Notes: generated by a model from the sequence alone, not told the origin. A DNA stretch of 63,497 bases, filler included, from Chiloscyllium plagiosum (GCF_004010195.1; 4 parts of one record of this genome joined end to end with filler, not necessarily neighbours in it), one strand, 5' to 3'; shown: positions 38,840 through 51,652, numbered from the whole stretch's first letter. Program-made: numbers and translations.

Positions 38840-38910
38840 CACAGACACACACACATACACACATACACACAGACACACACACACACACATGCACACACAC
38901 ACATACACAC
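38806..38910. repeat. Compound (CA)n microsatellite
   Basis: Direct read. Confidence 0.9.
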
Positions 38911-40060
38911 CAGCGTGGTTCAGATGACGACTGTCCCATCGGAGCAGGTCCTTTCTTCCTCAGTAATAAAATGTGTTTATTCAACACAAAATACAAGGAG
39001 AAAAAAGCTTTTCTGTACATACCAAAATATGAAAACTCCAAAAAGACAATATTGTTAAATTGCACTAACTATTTGGAGCTATATAAATTGTAATGTGAAT
39101 TACAAAACCATGGAAGTGATGTGCAGACTTTATCAATCATTATTTGACCCAGAGCTGAGATCCTGATTCCCCCTCTGCCAGTGAGTCCCTTCACTGAGAC
39201 TCCACCCTGCCCCTCACGCAGTGTCTAGAGGGGCTACAAGTTCCTGTTGGCCCAGAATATTTAAATTAATCCACCTTCTCCCTGAAACCAATCTATTGGT
39301 CTATTGGATTGTGTTTAGCAGTCAGAAAATCAGCTCTGGGATGTTATTAGCGATAAATGATCTGCGATGATAGCCAGTATCGGCAAGGTGCTCACAGGGT
39401 ATGGTACTAGACAAAGGGCTTACAGTCTGTGAGAGTTTCTAAGAAAAGTTTCTGTGTATTTCTCCTTATGCTGCCTCCTGATCTAACTTCACATTTGTCT
39501 GACACCCCTTGCTCTCACTCACTCTGTACATCTTTTTTTTCACTCTGTTTATGTCACTTCACTGTCTTTCTCTCTGTTTATTCCTCTCCCTCTCAGTCTA
39601 GCTCCGATCATTCCCTCTATTTTCAAGTTGTCAAGTTAGAGAAGTCATGGACGCATGGTGGGCTGAATGGCCTCCTTCTGTGGTGTATTAATTCTGAAGT
39701 TCTCTGACACACAGTAACAAGTTTTGGTTCCTGCACAGACAAGCTGGTCCAGTGAAGGACACCATGGACAATTAACCATTATCTCTTCCTATTTTCTGAC
39801 ATGCAGCGACATCGAAATATCTGTTCAAACAAACAGATTCCTCATATTAAAATCAGCACACTTCAGACTGCCAGGCGACTGTGTTCAGTACCCTCTGTTT
39901 TTCTGTTGTTGGTCTTAGCTGTACTGGGATTAGTCTCCCACTCCCCCTCAGTCACTGTACCTGTGGACCTACTGTTGTGGTTCCATACACCCCTCCCCCA
40001 CCGCCGCCACACACTAATTTAAACCCTCGTAAAGGACAATAGCAAACACACCTGCCAGGA

Positions 40061-40303
40061 GATTGCTGCCAGTTCAAGCCAATCCCGTCCATCTTGTGTA
40101 TATCCTATCAACCCGGGAATCCCAATGATCCATATATCGGAGATTGTTATCGGTTCATGTGCATCCCGTCCTTCTTGTGTGTATCCTACTGACCCGTGAA
40201 TCTCAATAAGCCACATATCGTAAATTGCTGCCAGTTCAGGTTTATACCGTCCTTTTTATGTATATCCTACCGACTCGAGAATCCCAATGATCCACATATC
40301 GGA
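40061..40303. repeat. Three diverged tandem copies of an 81-bp unit within decayed CR1-like sequence
   Basis: Units start at 40061, 40142 and 40223: gattgctgccagttca...ccgtcc...tatccta...gaatcccaatgatcca.atatcgga. Confidence 0.8.
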
Positions 40304-41199
40304 AGTGCTGCCTCCTCGACCAGCACTTTGATCGTGTATTTAACTGTGCTACCTTACAATTCCTCAGCTTACTCGCACGTGACATATTCTAATGTCTCCA
40401 AAATTCAAATATCCTTTCAGCACAACTCCAGCAAGGCCTTTTCTTTAAACTGGATATACTTGATAATAAAAATTTAAGTGTGACGTCAGGAAAGTGAGAC
40501 CACTGAATCAGTCCAATGACCACCGGATCTGATGTCTATCACTGCCAGCAAACCTGTTTGACAAGGCATACACATGGACCATCTATTTGCAGATGGACGA
40601 GGATAAACAAAAGATTAGAAAATGTCAGAGCAGATGGATGTAATTCAGCCTGTTTACTCAGCTATGCTATTCAATTGGATTCAAGTTATTCTGTTTCTTT
40701 CAATGGCAAGATCTTTACCCAGCATCCCCAGCGGGTCAGAAAGTTCCCAGTGTCGTTGTGTGCACAGTCTGGCGAAGGGAGTATCCAGTGCCAGGCAATG
40801 GGGTGTGGGGAGTCCCAGGGGTGGCACAAGGAAAGGCTGCATGTAGTGACGATGGACTGAGGGAACTGAGAGAGATGGTATGGGCATCTAGGGACACTGC
40901 ACTCAGACAAGCGGCCTGGAAAGATTCCTAAACACCCAGAGGAACCCGTGAACCACGGCTGCTTTTCCAAAAACCTGTCACATTTGCTGAATTTCTCCAT
41001 CGAACAAAAACAAAAATACTGTAGATGGTACAAAATCTGAAGCAAACACAGAGACGTACTGTGGAGAGAGAAATGAGTTAATCTCCCAATGCAGACACGG
41101 GTGAATGTACAAAGTCCACACAGACAGGGTCCAGAGATTGGAAATTAACCCAAGTCCCTTGCACTGTGAGGCAGCATTGCTGTGTCACAATGCTGCCAA

Positions 41200-42360
41200 A
41201 GATGGATAATTGGGGATAGTATTGTTAAAAGCATAGATACTGTTCTCCGTGATTGGGATTAAGAGTCCTGAAGGTTGTGTTGCCGACATGGTGCTCGGGT
41301 TTGGGATATATCATCTGGGTTGCAGAACTTGTAGCGGGAGGGGAATGATCCAATGGTCAGGGTCCGTGTAGATACTAACAGCTGGACAAACAAATGACAA
41401 TGAGAAGAGCGACGGGTAATACAGGACCGAACTATTATATCGGCATGCATGCATTATAAGGAATAAGGTAAATACGCTTGTGACTCATCCATAAATTGGC
41501 AGGTACGATATAGTGGGCATAACAGTGACATCGCTGTAAGAGGATCAGGATTGGGAACTGAATATTCAAGGATATTCATCCCGTCGAAAAGATAGGCAGG
41601 TGGGCAGAGAGATAGAGTTGTCTCAGTATTAAGAATGGGATTGAATCAATAATCAATAATAAGAAATGAAATAAGGTCAGATGGTGTAGAATCTTTGTCT
41701 GGAGAATTGAGGAATCGGAAAGGTGCAAAAATGCAGTTGGAGTTATATACAGAGAGCTGGCGTGTAAGATACACCAGGAGCTAGAAAGATCTAAGGCAAA
41801 GGCAAAGTTACAGTCAACATGTGGAATTTTATTTTACAGATGGACTGGGAATTAAGATTGATAGTGGTTGGCAGGAAAAGGAATTTGTGGAATGTCTACG
41901 AGATGGCTTTTTGGAGCAGCTTGTGCAGTCAGACTAGATGAGGGGAGCTTACGGTGACAGTGATCATAATATGATTGAATTTACTCTGCAGTTTCAGATA
42001 GAGACGTTAGAATCAGAAGTAACGGTATTATAGCTGAGTGAAGGCAATTGCACAGACATGAGGGAGGAGCTGGGTAGAATTGACTGGGAGACGAGCCCAA
42101 CAGGAAAGACAGTGCAACAGCAATGGCAGGAGAATTTTGGAATAATTCAGGATACAGCAGAGATTTATCCTAAGGAAACAGAGGCTTGTCTAGGGAAGAT
42201 GGGAAGGCAATTGCACAGACATGAGGGAGGAGCTGGGTAGAATTGACTGGGAGACGAGCCCAACAGGAAAGACAGTGCAACAGCAATGGCAGGAGAATTT
42301 TGGAATAATTCAGGATACAGCAGAGATTTATCCTAAGGAAACAGAGGCTTGTCTAGGGAA
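41200..42360 (+). mobile_element. Decayed CR1 (ORF1 esterase remnant then endonuclease region), ending in a 163-bp-period duplication at the gap
   Basis: aggttgtgttgccgacatggtgctcgggt (ORF1 CxPGARV-like), gatatagtgggcataacagtgac (DIVGITxT), DSDHNMIEF. Confidence 0.7.
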
Positions 42361-42460
42361 NNNNNNNNNNNNNNNNNNNNNNNNNNNNNNNNNNNNNNNN
42401 NNNNTTAATTAATTAANNNNNNNNNNNNNNNNNNNNNNNNNNNNNNNNNNNNNNNNNNNN

Positions 42461-43097
42461 CTTTGTGCACGCCCGGACTCTCAGCCGCACCGCACGCTGC
42501 CCTCGAAGTGGCTGCGGGGGGGACGAGACTGTCACACACTTCCTTCTGGAATGTGCCTACGCAGAGGGAGTCTGGAGAGGAATGCAGTGGTGTTTGTCGA
42601 GGTTCGTCCCGAGCAGCGCCATGACGCAGGACTCTGTGCTCTACTGCCTGTTCCCCGGGATGCACACCGAGATGAACATCAACTGCGCCTGGAGGATCAT
42701 CAACTCGGTGAAGGACGCTCTCTGGGTGGTCCGAAACCTGTTGATCTTCCAGCTGAAGGAGTTGACCCCGACTGAGTGTTGCAGACTGGCACATTCCATG
42801 GTCCAGGACTACGTGTTGAGGGACGCGCTGAAGCTTGGGGCAGCTGCCGCCAAGGCGCGGTGGGGAAAGACCACTGTGTAAAGTCTGCCTGCCTAACGAA
42901 GAACAGGGGGCCCATGCAGTCATTTGGGCTCTGCTGAAGCCTCAGCTAAAAATGTAATCGTACAGACCTGTAAATAGGAATGATTACTCTGTTTTGATAT
43001 GCAAACAAATGGAATGTTTACATATGTATGGCATGTCCAACTGTACAGACCATTAAAGTATTTTATGAATAAAGTATATTTTTGAAATAAATAAAAA
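42461..43097 (+). mobile_element. Tx1/L1-clade non-LTR retrotransposon 3' end: ORF2 C-terminal zinc finger, 3' UTR, poly(A)
   Basis: Open frame to TAA at 42879-81: CPRSGC..ETVTHFLLEC (zf-RVT-like)...WxxRN...; AATAAA at 43068; A-rich tail to 43097; GC-rich and intact, so young. The 5' part is lost in the gap. Confidence 0.88.
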
Positions 43098-44654
43098 GGA
43101 CGTGTACTGCCTGCAGGATTTCTCTGGGGCAGGCTACTGAAGAATTGCGAGCAGCTCCTGAAGGTCTTCAAGGAGAAGGAAGGGGAGCCGCTGTTCTCCA
43201 TCTTGTCAGCGATCCCGTTGTGTGTGCTTCCTTCACAGAGGAGTCGGGTTGTTACAATCCATATGTACAACCCCTATATTCCAGCAGCTGATGTTCTGAC
43301 CTTCCTAGGAAGGTACGTCCAAGTCGAGGGAGAAACCACTGATGTGGTCGACCCCTTTGGGATCTGGACCAGTAAGCGGCAGGTCAGGGTAACTCTGAGG
43401 GTCGATGACAACGGGAACATTCTCCACCCACCCTCGAGCTTCGCAATTGGAGGGAGCAGAGGCTACCTGACATATGCAGGGCAGCCGAAAGTGTGCTGAA
43501 CCTGCGGGAAGTCGGGACACGTGGTGGTGGATTGCAAAGTGACCATCTGCAGGAACTGCAAACAGGAGGGTCACCTGACCAAGGACTGTCAGGAAGCAAA
43601 GAGCTGCAACCTGTGCGGAGAGGCGGGCCACATGTACAAGACCTGCCCAAGATGGGGGGGGGGGCACTTACACACAGATGGCTGGAGGCAGCAATGTGAG
43701 CCGTGGACCCCCAAAGACCAGCAAGGTGCACCCAGACAGCAGGGAAACAGAGTCTGGTGGCACCCAGAAAGAAGAACAGGCTGGAGCGGAGGAGGTGGCA
43801 GCCAGCGGAGAGACACAGCAGCTGATCCTAGCTCTAGCTGGGCAGATGGAAGCAATGGAGGAGGAGGTAATTGAAAAGGCAGAGGAGTGGATACCTGTTA
43901 AAAACAGGAAGAGAAAATCTGGCCAGGCACCCAAAGCCTCCTAGCAAAGGGGAAAATGACAGCTGCACGAGGGAGGGACGGCCAGCTCTTCGGATGGTGA
44001 AGACAGGCACAAGGAAGGTCATCACCACCAGAAGAAGAGACAGAGCACTGTAGGTGGAGAGGAGGGCATTTCCTCCCAACCAGGAAACAACGGACCCCCC
44101 GAAGCCCACCCTCCACCCAGTGAGAACCGGGGGTACCCACTGCCCCACAGCTACAGGTAACTGAGAGCTGTGATCCTCTGACAGTCCCACTGTCAGACAC
44201 AGAACTGGACGGTGCGGACCCTTGCCTTGGCTCAATGACACCAGAGCGGGTAAATGACCACAGTGAGGAGCTGGATAGCTACTTCAGCCCAGCGAGGGTC
44301 CAGCAGTTTGTGCTCACCATGGGGATGCAGACAGCTACCCCAGAGACAGGACAGTCAAATGGACAATGGTAACCCCATAATCTGGGGGTTAAAGAAGGTT
44401 CCTTTGCTATCGTATAACAGGGGGCCCACTCAGTAGGTGGGTTCCGCTGAAGCCACAGCTAAATACTAAAAGATTGGATGGTTAATAAATGGAACTGTAA
44501 ATACGATAACTGTAAATTCGATTAATTCAATCTGTTCTCTGTAATGTTAAGACATGCAATGTATATATATATATATATATGAACGACATGACCAATTGTA
44601 CAGGTACCAAAGATTTATTTCTATGAATAAAGTATATTTTGAAATTTAAAAAAA
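43098..44654 (+). mobile_element. Tx1-type element with ORF1 only (ZCCHC3-like, three CCHC knuckles), disrupted, followed directly by 3' UTR and poly(A)
   Basis: VTIHMYNPY...FGIWTSKRQV...YAGQPKVC*TCGKSGH..C; CRNCKQEGHLTKDC; CNLCGEAGHMYKTC; ORF1 remnant ends near 44371; AATAAA at 44626; A tail to 44654. Confidence 0.82.
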
Positions 44655-45454
44655 CAGTGTCCTATCAAATCCATTCAGAATCTGATGTGTTTCAATGAGA
44701 GTGACTCTCATTCCTACAATCTCTCCAGAATATGGATCCATTTTACCCGATCTCTCCTTTTCAGTAAAAAAAAGAAACTCCTATGCCAGGAAACAAATAT
44801 GTGAGCCTACATTTCACCTACTCTGAGACAAGTACATATTTCCTGAGGTATGAAGAACCCATTTGGGTGCAATATTCCAAGTGTGGTCTCACCAGAGCTC
44901 TTTAAGATTGCAGCAATATTTCCTTACTCTTGTACTGGAGGACCCTTGCATACAAGGTCAGCATATCACTTTTGTTCCTTGTTCTTGAGATGTAGATGTC
45001 AGTGCCAAAGCCAGCATTTGTTGCCTGTGGCTAATTGCTGTTGAGAAGACCATGATTGAGTCTCTTCATGATGCGTTGCAGTCTATTTTGTGTAGGAACA
45101 TCTAAACTGCTTTTAGGGAGAGAGTTTCAATTTTGACCCAATGACGATATGCCAATATAATTCCAAGCCAGGCTGGTGTGTGGCTGTGAGGAAGTCTTCC
45201 AGGTAGTGGTGTCCCTATTTTAGCTTCCTAGATTGTCAATAGCTGAGGACCCAGCAGTGATCCTTGTCATACTTCACACATCACAGCCTGTCAATACAAA
45301 AATGATGTGTTTGTTACAATTCTGTCTTCAGTCCTCTGTTCAGTGCTGTTTGCTAGATTGCTGACGGACAGGCAATCCTCAAATTTAATCAGGAATTCAC
45401 TTTGTGGTATATGGATTTTGTTAGTTAGGGTTCATCGGCAGAGAAATATATCAG

Positions 45455-46680
45455 TATAAAAGCAAAGTACTGTGGATGTCAGATTGTCAAATAACAACAG
45501 AGTGTTGGAGAATTTCAGTAGGTCTGTGAGCATCTGTGGACAGAAACAAACCGAGTTGATGTTTGGAGTCTGGTGTGACTCTACTTTGGAACTGGAAGGA
45601 CCTGGAAATGGTATGTTGTTGCTCCTGTTGAAAGAGGAGGAGGAGGAGCAATCAGAACAGATTATGAGCATACCTAGAACAAAAGCCAAGGGTCTGATAA
45701 TAATGGTGAAGGAGAAAGTTGACTATTTATGTAAATAGAGATATAAAAATGAGAAAATGAGAGATTGCTTAAAAGAAAGTCAACAACTCACAAACAAGAA
45801 ATGACCTAGGAGGGTGGAGATTGTAAGAAAATTGCTGTCCAAATGTCATACACTGAAATTCTGAATCTCAATATTGAGGCCTGGAAGTTGTAAAGTGCCT
45901 TAGCAAAAAATAAAATGCTGTTCCTTTGGCTTACATTAGTTTCAATGGGGCAAGGTCAGAAATATTAACATGGGACTAAGGTGTTTTATTGAAATGGCAA
46001 GCAAATGGAAGGTATAGTCATTCCCTGAGCAGAGGTGTTCTGCAAAGCAGTCACCCAGTCTGTGTTTGATCTTGCCAATGTGGAGGATACCGCATTGTGC
46101 GCTAGTAGACTATAGATTAGATTAGATTCCCTACAATGTAAAGCCCATTCCCGTCTGACTAATGCACCTAACACTATGGGCATTTTAGCATGGCCAATCC
46201 ACCTGACCTGCACATCTTTGGACTCTGGGAGGAAACCGGAGCACCCGGAGGAAACCCACGCAGACACGGGGAGAATGTGCAAACTCCACACAGACAGTCG
46301 CCCGAGGTTGGAATCGAACCTGGGATCCTGGTGCTGTGAGGCAGCAATGCTAAGCACTGAGCCACCATAGACTAGATTGAAAGAGTACAAGTCAAGTTCT
46401 GCTGCACCTGGAAGATGTGTTTGGGGACTTTGGCAGTGAGGAAGAAGGAAATGAGTGGGCAAACATGACATCTTCTGCAATTCCACAGGCAGGTGCCTTG
46501 GGGGTTGAGAAAGTGTAAGGAGTAGTGGAAGAGTGGACCATCACTATGAATGGGAACGGTCCCTATGGATTGCTGACAGTGGAGGGGAGGGGAAGATGTG
46601 TTTGGTAGTTGTATCCTATCGGTGGTGGGCAGAAATGGTGGAAGAGTATCCTTTGAATGCAGAGTCTGGTTAGTGGATAG
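45455..46680 (-). mobile_element. Decayed Penelope-like element with a nested HE1-like SINE (46113-46366, -)
   Basis: Terminus at about 45455-45600; GIY-YIG remnant (gtgttctgcaaagcagtcaccc...ccaatgtggagg); SINE core in reverse orientation. Confidence 0.7.
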
Positions 46681-48551
46681 TGAGTGTAGATAAATGGAAA
46701 CTTATCCATGTGATGTCTTGATTGAGTAGCATTCTTTTGTTGATATCAGAGAAGAACATTATGGAAATCACACAGGTCGAGGACTGCAATGCTGTCTGTT
46801 CCTATTAACATGATACAGCATAAAATAAAAGAGCAGTTGGCCCATTATGTTGTATTAGGTCCCATTCCCCTATTCCTTCCATGTAATTCTTTCTAATATA
46901 CATATATAAGCATATTTGTACAATTTGCATAGATATATACATTTATTTGAAAGTTATGATTGAATCTGCTTTGAGGCATTGCTGTCCAGATCAGAACAGT
47001 TCACTTCATAGAAATGTTCTTCTTATTTCCCTTCTGTTTTTTATGCTAATTATCTTGCAATTCAAGATCATCACTATTTTGAGCTAAAATAATTACAGTA
47101 CCATATGTAGTGCTGAAATGGTGCATAGCACATCATATTCACACCTTGTGTGATTTGTCAATTAAATGTGCCTTTTGCTTGGTGATTAATGATTCAGTTA
47201 GAAACAGAGAAAGCCTATTTTGAGGTCTGTGATGGAACCTGACTCATCTGTGATAAGGACAGCATTTTGTCCTGGTCAGATAAACCAGGAACAGAATGGG
47301 GGTCAAAATGTATCTTCAGACAAGATTATAACCTTCAATATTCCCGTCTCCAGTCGAATTACCTGATTTTCCCGCCCTTAAATGATCAATTAATCACCTT
47401 TTAAATGCCCATTCCTGCCTACACTGCAATTATCTGAACTTTCAGCAGGATAAATAAGTAGTTGCCAACAGGCTGAGTAAACCAGTGCAGATTGCTTGTC
47501 AGTTCAGGGTTGTGGGCTTGGGTCCTAGACAGAGTAGACACTGGGGAGAAACAGTGGCTATTGAGAGTCACCCCATCTCTCCCCATAACCTCCAGTCCCA
47601 GAGGCTTCTGCCAATGTCCAACACAAAGCATTTCCCTGGCACCTCACAGCATTACAGATTCAGTATTCTCGGGTGTGTGACTTCCTCTGATTGACCCTAT
47701 CAGCTTGATTTGAGAGCAAGTCCCAGTCCTGCCCTCCAAACCAATCGACTGAAGGGAGATACAGCACACTTCCTCTGAAGAGTCGATGGCAGTATCTTTC
47801 TGCATTTTGATTAAGAGAGCAAGACATTCAACGAAAATGGAAGATTCACTCAAGATTGTGAAAGTTAATCGTGATTGTCTCTAAAGGTTAAAATTTCTAA
47901 CAGCATCCTGACAGGAGCAGTCAGTCTTTAACTAGGTTTGATTTAACCAGTCAACTTTGGAGAAGTAGAGACCCAGGATTATTCGGACTGGCAGAAATGT
48001 GACGCAGCACGAACTGGGACTCAAACCAGGTGCCCTTCTCAGCAAAACAGATAACTTCAGACAACAGTTTGACAAAAACAGAGGAACAGTCTGGCAAAAG
48101 TATGATTGGTCTGTGATTGATTGCCATTTGTTCTTATTTACTGAACGCTGGGTCAAAACAGTGGGTGTGGCAGCAGATGATTGCTAAGGGCCAGGGTACT
48201 TAACATTTACCTGAGACACTAGAGCAGGCAGGTTCACCTCAGGTTAATACTTCTGCCTCAGAAACAATGATCTTTGATAATACAACATTCCTGCAGTATT
48301 GAAGTGTAATTTCTCTTGGGAGCTCATTAATATTATTTTGAAAATGACCCCTCAAGCAAATGTGTTAATAACAGAATAAATACTTAGTATCCTGTTGTAG
48401 TGCTCATGAGTGATTGAGTAGAATCTATGCATGTCTTTTGACAAATGCCAATATATTGAATGTACATAAGTTTAAATGTTAAACTGAATTTTACTCTCCC
48501 CTGCCAGTGGGATTGTAACCTTGGGGCCAGCAGGGGAGACACACATACAAT

Positions 48552-48899
48552 GTGGCACAGTGGCCCAGTGGTTGGGTGGCACAGTGGTTAGCACTGCTGC
48601 CTCACAGTGCCAGAGACCAGGGTTCAATTCCCGCCTCAGGCAACTGACTGTGTGGAGTTTGCACATTCTCCTCGTGTCTGTGTGGGTTTGCTCCAGTTTC
48701 CTCCCAAAAATATGCAGGTTAGGTGAGTTGGCCATGCTAAATTGGCCGTAGTGTTAGGTGCAGGGGTAAATGTAGGGGGATGGGTCTGGGTGGGTGTGCT
48801 TCGGCGGGTCGGTGTGGACTTGTTGGGCCAAAGGGTCTGTTTCCACACTGTAGACTTGTTGGGCCAAAGGGTCTGTTTCCACACTGTAAGTAATCTAAT
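48552..48899 (+). mobile_element. HE1-like SINE with duplicated head segment and duplicated tail
   Basis: gtggcacagtgg twice at the 5' end; gacttgttgggccaaagggtctgtttccacactgta twice at the 3' end. Confidence 0.85.
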
Positions 48900-49772
48900 T
48901 AAATAATCCAGGAGCTGAGTTGTCCTCTGCTCGCTGAACCCCATTACAATGTTACCAGTGGTTTTATATATATTGTGGCACATCTTCAGGGAAGTAAAAC
49001 TTGAACCTGGACCTTCTAGTTCAGATGTTGGGACATTATCACTGGGCCACATTATGCCCTCATTTTAACAGTGTTTGATGTACTAATAAACAGTCTGCAG
49101 ACCTCACTTTCTCCTCCTAATAAACAGTCAATCCAGCAATAGGTAATTTGATGGTCTTTACACAGGCAACTAATGTCCCTTGAAAGGTCCAATGTACCAC
49201 TGCAGGTTTCCCTGCCATGGGCTATTGATGGGGCCAGGAGTGCTGTCCTGGACTCTACTGGGTCCATTGGAGAACCCACCAAGGTGTAACATAAAATCCT
49301 ACTCATGCTATATATCTCTCCACTAACGATCCCTCAAATCTTAGCCCCCCATACCAGCTTAAGCAGGTCCCTCAAACACTTCCCAAGTTGTGATCCAGCA
49401 CTGTATGGTTTCCTCATCATCCAAGTGCAGCACCAACAGTGGCCACTGCAGCTGGTGGCACGGACAGTAATGGAGAGCCACCAGCATTAATGGTTGTCCA
49501 GCAGGTCTCAGAGGTAAGATGTCCTGTCCCTGAGGGTCAGACATCCAGCGTTCAGCTTAATATTTGACAGTTGGCCCTTCAGAGACATTCTTCTGCTGGC
49601 TGGACCTTTTGTCTGGGGTGTGCGTTTGAGAGGATGCATTGCTGGGAACACATTGGTGCATAAAACTCTGTCTGTTATGTTAACTTCAATTAAATTGAGT
49701 TAAATAGATCGAGTCTTGCATCTTATGTAATATTGTTGATTTGGGTACTAATTTTTCCTTTTGTTTTTAAAG

Positions 49773-49923
49773 AAGTTGGCGTGCCCAGACAATTAACGTT
49801 CATTCAGCGACCCTTAAACACAGCTGTCCTGGAAGGAAGAAATGCAGTCATGGAATGTTGTGTGTCTGGATTCCCAACTCCAACAGTCATGTGGAAGAAA
49901 GGGGATGAGCTTGTTCAGACCAG
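49773..49923 (+). CDS. DCC: Internal coding exon of a DCC/neogenin-family netrin receptor, N-terminal half of Ig domain 3 (equivalent to DCC exon 4)
   Basis: Polypyrimidine tract then AG at 49771-72; GT donor at 49924 (AG|GTAACC); 151 bp, phase 1 to 2. Translation (E)VGVPRQLTFIQRPLNTAVLEGRNAVMECCVSGFPTPTVMWKKGDELVQTR matches remembered DCC RQLYFLQRPSN...AVLECCVSGYP...W. Orthology versus paralogy is uncertain. Confidence 0.9.
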
Positions 49924-51652
49924 GTAACCTTGTCCATTATTCACCTCTCAGAGACTCCAGCTCATCAGTCAATGAAAAACAGGGAGAGCTGTCTGAAACA
50001 AAGAAAATCATGGCTGCATTATATTTTACATTTTAGTGGTTCTGTCCACATGAAATAAAGTAAAAGACAGCTTGTTTTCAAAGAGATTGATATATTGACT
50101 TTACTATTCATTACACTATCATCCTCAGACACATGCTGCTTCCCAGTTCTGAGTTAGGGTGCCACAACACCTATTATAATGCTGAAAATTTCTAACCAGC
50201 CCATTGGATTCTCATAGTCAATTTCTCAAATCCTTTTAGAGTTCCTGGCAGCTGTCATTATCATATGTGTGAGACATTTGTCTTAGTTACTGTTTCCCAC
50301 CAGTTGCATTCTTTAAGGCACATGCTACAGCACATGCAGAATACAAGCCAATTACAAAGACAATCATCACCAGACACAAAATGGGCCAAATTCAAAACAG
50401 AAAATTAAAATTTATGACTGCGGCCTTAGAGAACGTGAAAAGCACAACATGGTCATTAAGTATCCGTCTCAACTAATGCACCATTTGTCTATCTTGTTTT
50501 TTTGTAATTCAGTATCCGAAGGAACAGACATTGCAAGTGTTAGCTTGCATGTTGGTAGTGATTCCCTCAGCCTCCTTGCATTTCATTTGATGTGAGTGTG
50601 TACACAAAGTACTGTATAACAAAGTGATCGTTAACTAATACACGCATAGCTAGGGCTCTTGTGGCACAGTGGTAGTGCCCTAGGTCTGGGTTCAAGTTCC
50701 CCCCCCACCAATCCCTGCTTCAGAAGTGTGTAATAACATGTTTGGTTAAAAGTATATGAAGGTTTGTGGTTTCAAAGAGATGCCCAGAACTGTATTTTTC
50801 ATGTTGGCCATTTTCAGTACAGTTTAATTGGACAAAACTAGATTGGTCAGATGTAGATGACCCTTTTTCAGATTTTGCAGAAATGTGAGATTTTGTATAT
50901 TATAAAATGGTTAAAATTCCAACTTTTCATTACCTATTCAACCGCAGTGCAAAATTAGCTTTGCCTCAATACGTAAATAAAAGCTTATATAATTCACATA
51001 CTATAAGATGACATTGCACCTCTGTGAAAATAATGAACAAAGCAATTTGGAATAGGCCATTATAACACTGTGTCACTGTCAGGCGCAAGTTTGAAAATAA
51101 CCAGCAATAGCCTGGTCAAAAACTCTACTTAGTCTCCAGCAATGCTGTTAACAGAAATAACTTTTGTTTCCTTCATAGAACCAGAGAGTTGTAGCATTGA
51201 GAAAGGTCATTCATTCCATTGTTTATCTGCTGGTCAATTAAAAAGACCTAATCAGCCTAATCCAGTCCTGGCACTGTTTAGAGTACAGTGTTCAGCTGCC
51301 AACCAACCTGACTGTCAGCTCTCCAGGACAGGTCTTTGATCCTGAAGGGGCAGAAGTCCCATTTTCACTTTCAAGTCTGCCTCAATGTATTGTTGCTGAA
51401 GGCTTGTCCAAATTAATGTGCTAAGCCATCCTGACCTTTCCAATATCTTTAACCCTATGGTCCTGAGTGATTGAACTCTTAACAAAGAGTTCAAACTCTT
51501 AACAAAAAATGTTCTTACTGCCAATTCTATCTCAGTCCCTCATAAGTTTAAAGACTTCAATTAAATCCCCGCCTCAGCCTCATCTTTCAAATACGACAGT
51601 TGTATTTATTGATGTATGGGATTTGGGGATCACTATGACTGATAGTCATTAA

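Noticed and set aside
38636..39065. His/Thr-rich and Cys/Val-rich ORFs
   Set aside because: Translation of the (CA)n microsatellite.
39752..39774. Possible REST/NRSE site (caccatggaca)
   Set aside because: Only the central part matches; both ends of the RE1 consensus are missing.
42040..42360. Perfect 163-bp-period tandem duplication
   Set aside because: Identical copies ending at a contig edge; most likely an assembly artefact.
43203..43944. Host ZCCHC3-like gene
   Set aside because: In-frame stop at 43497-99, frameshifts, no 5' end and a retrotransposon 3' UTR/poly(A); better explained as Tx1 ORF1.
49050..49630. Possible Harbinger transposase remnant (also about 55740-56350) and possible LTR relics near 2000-2950, 29480-29670 and 47440-48200
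   Set aside because: Resemblance too weak to support by eye; needs a repeat-library or HMM search.
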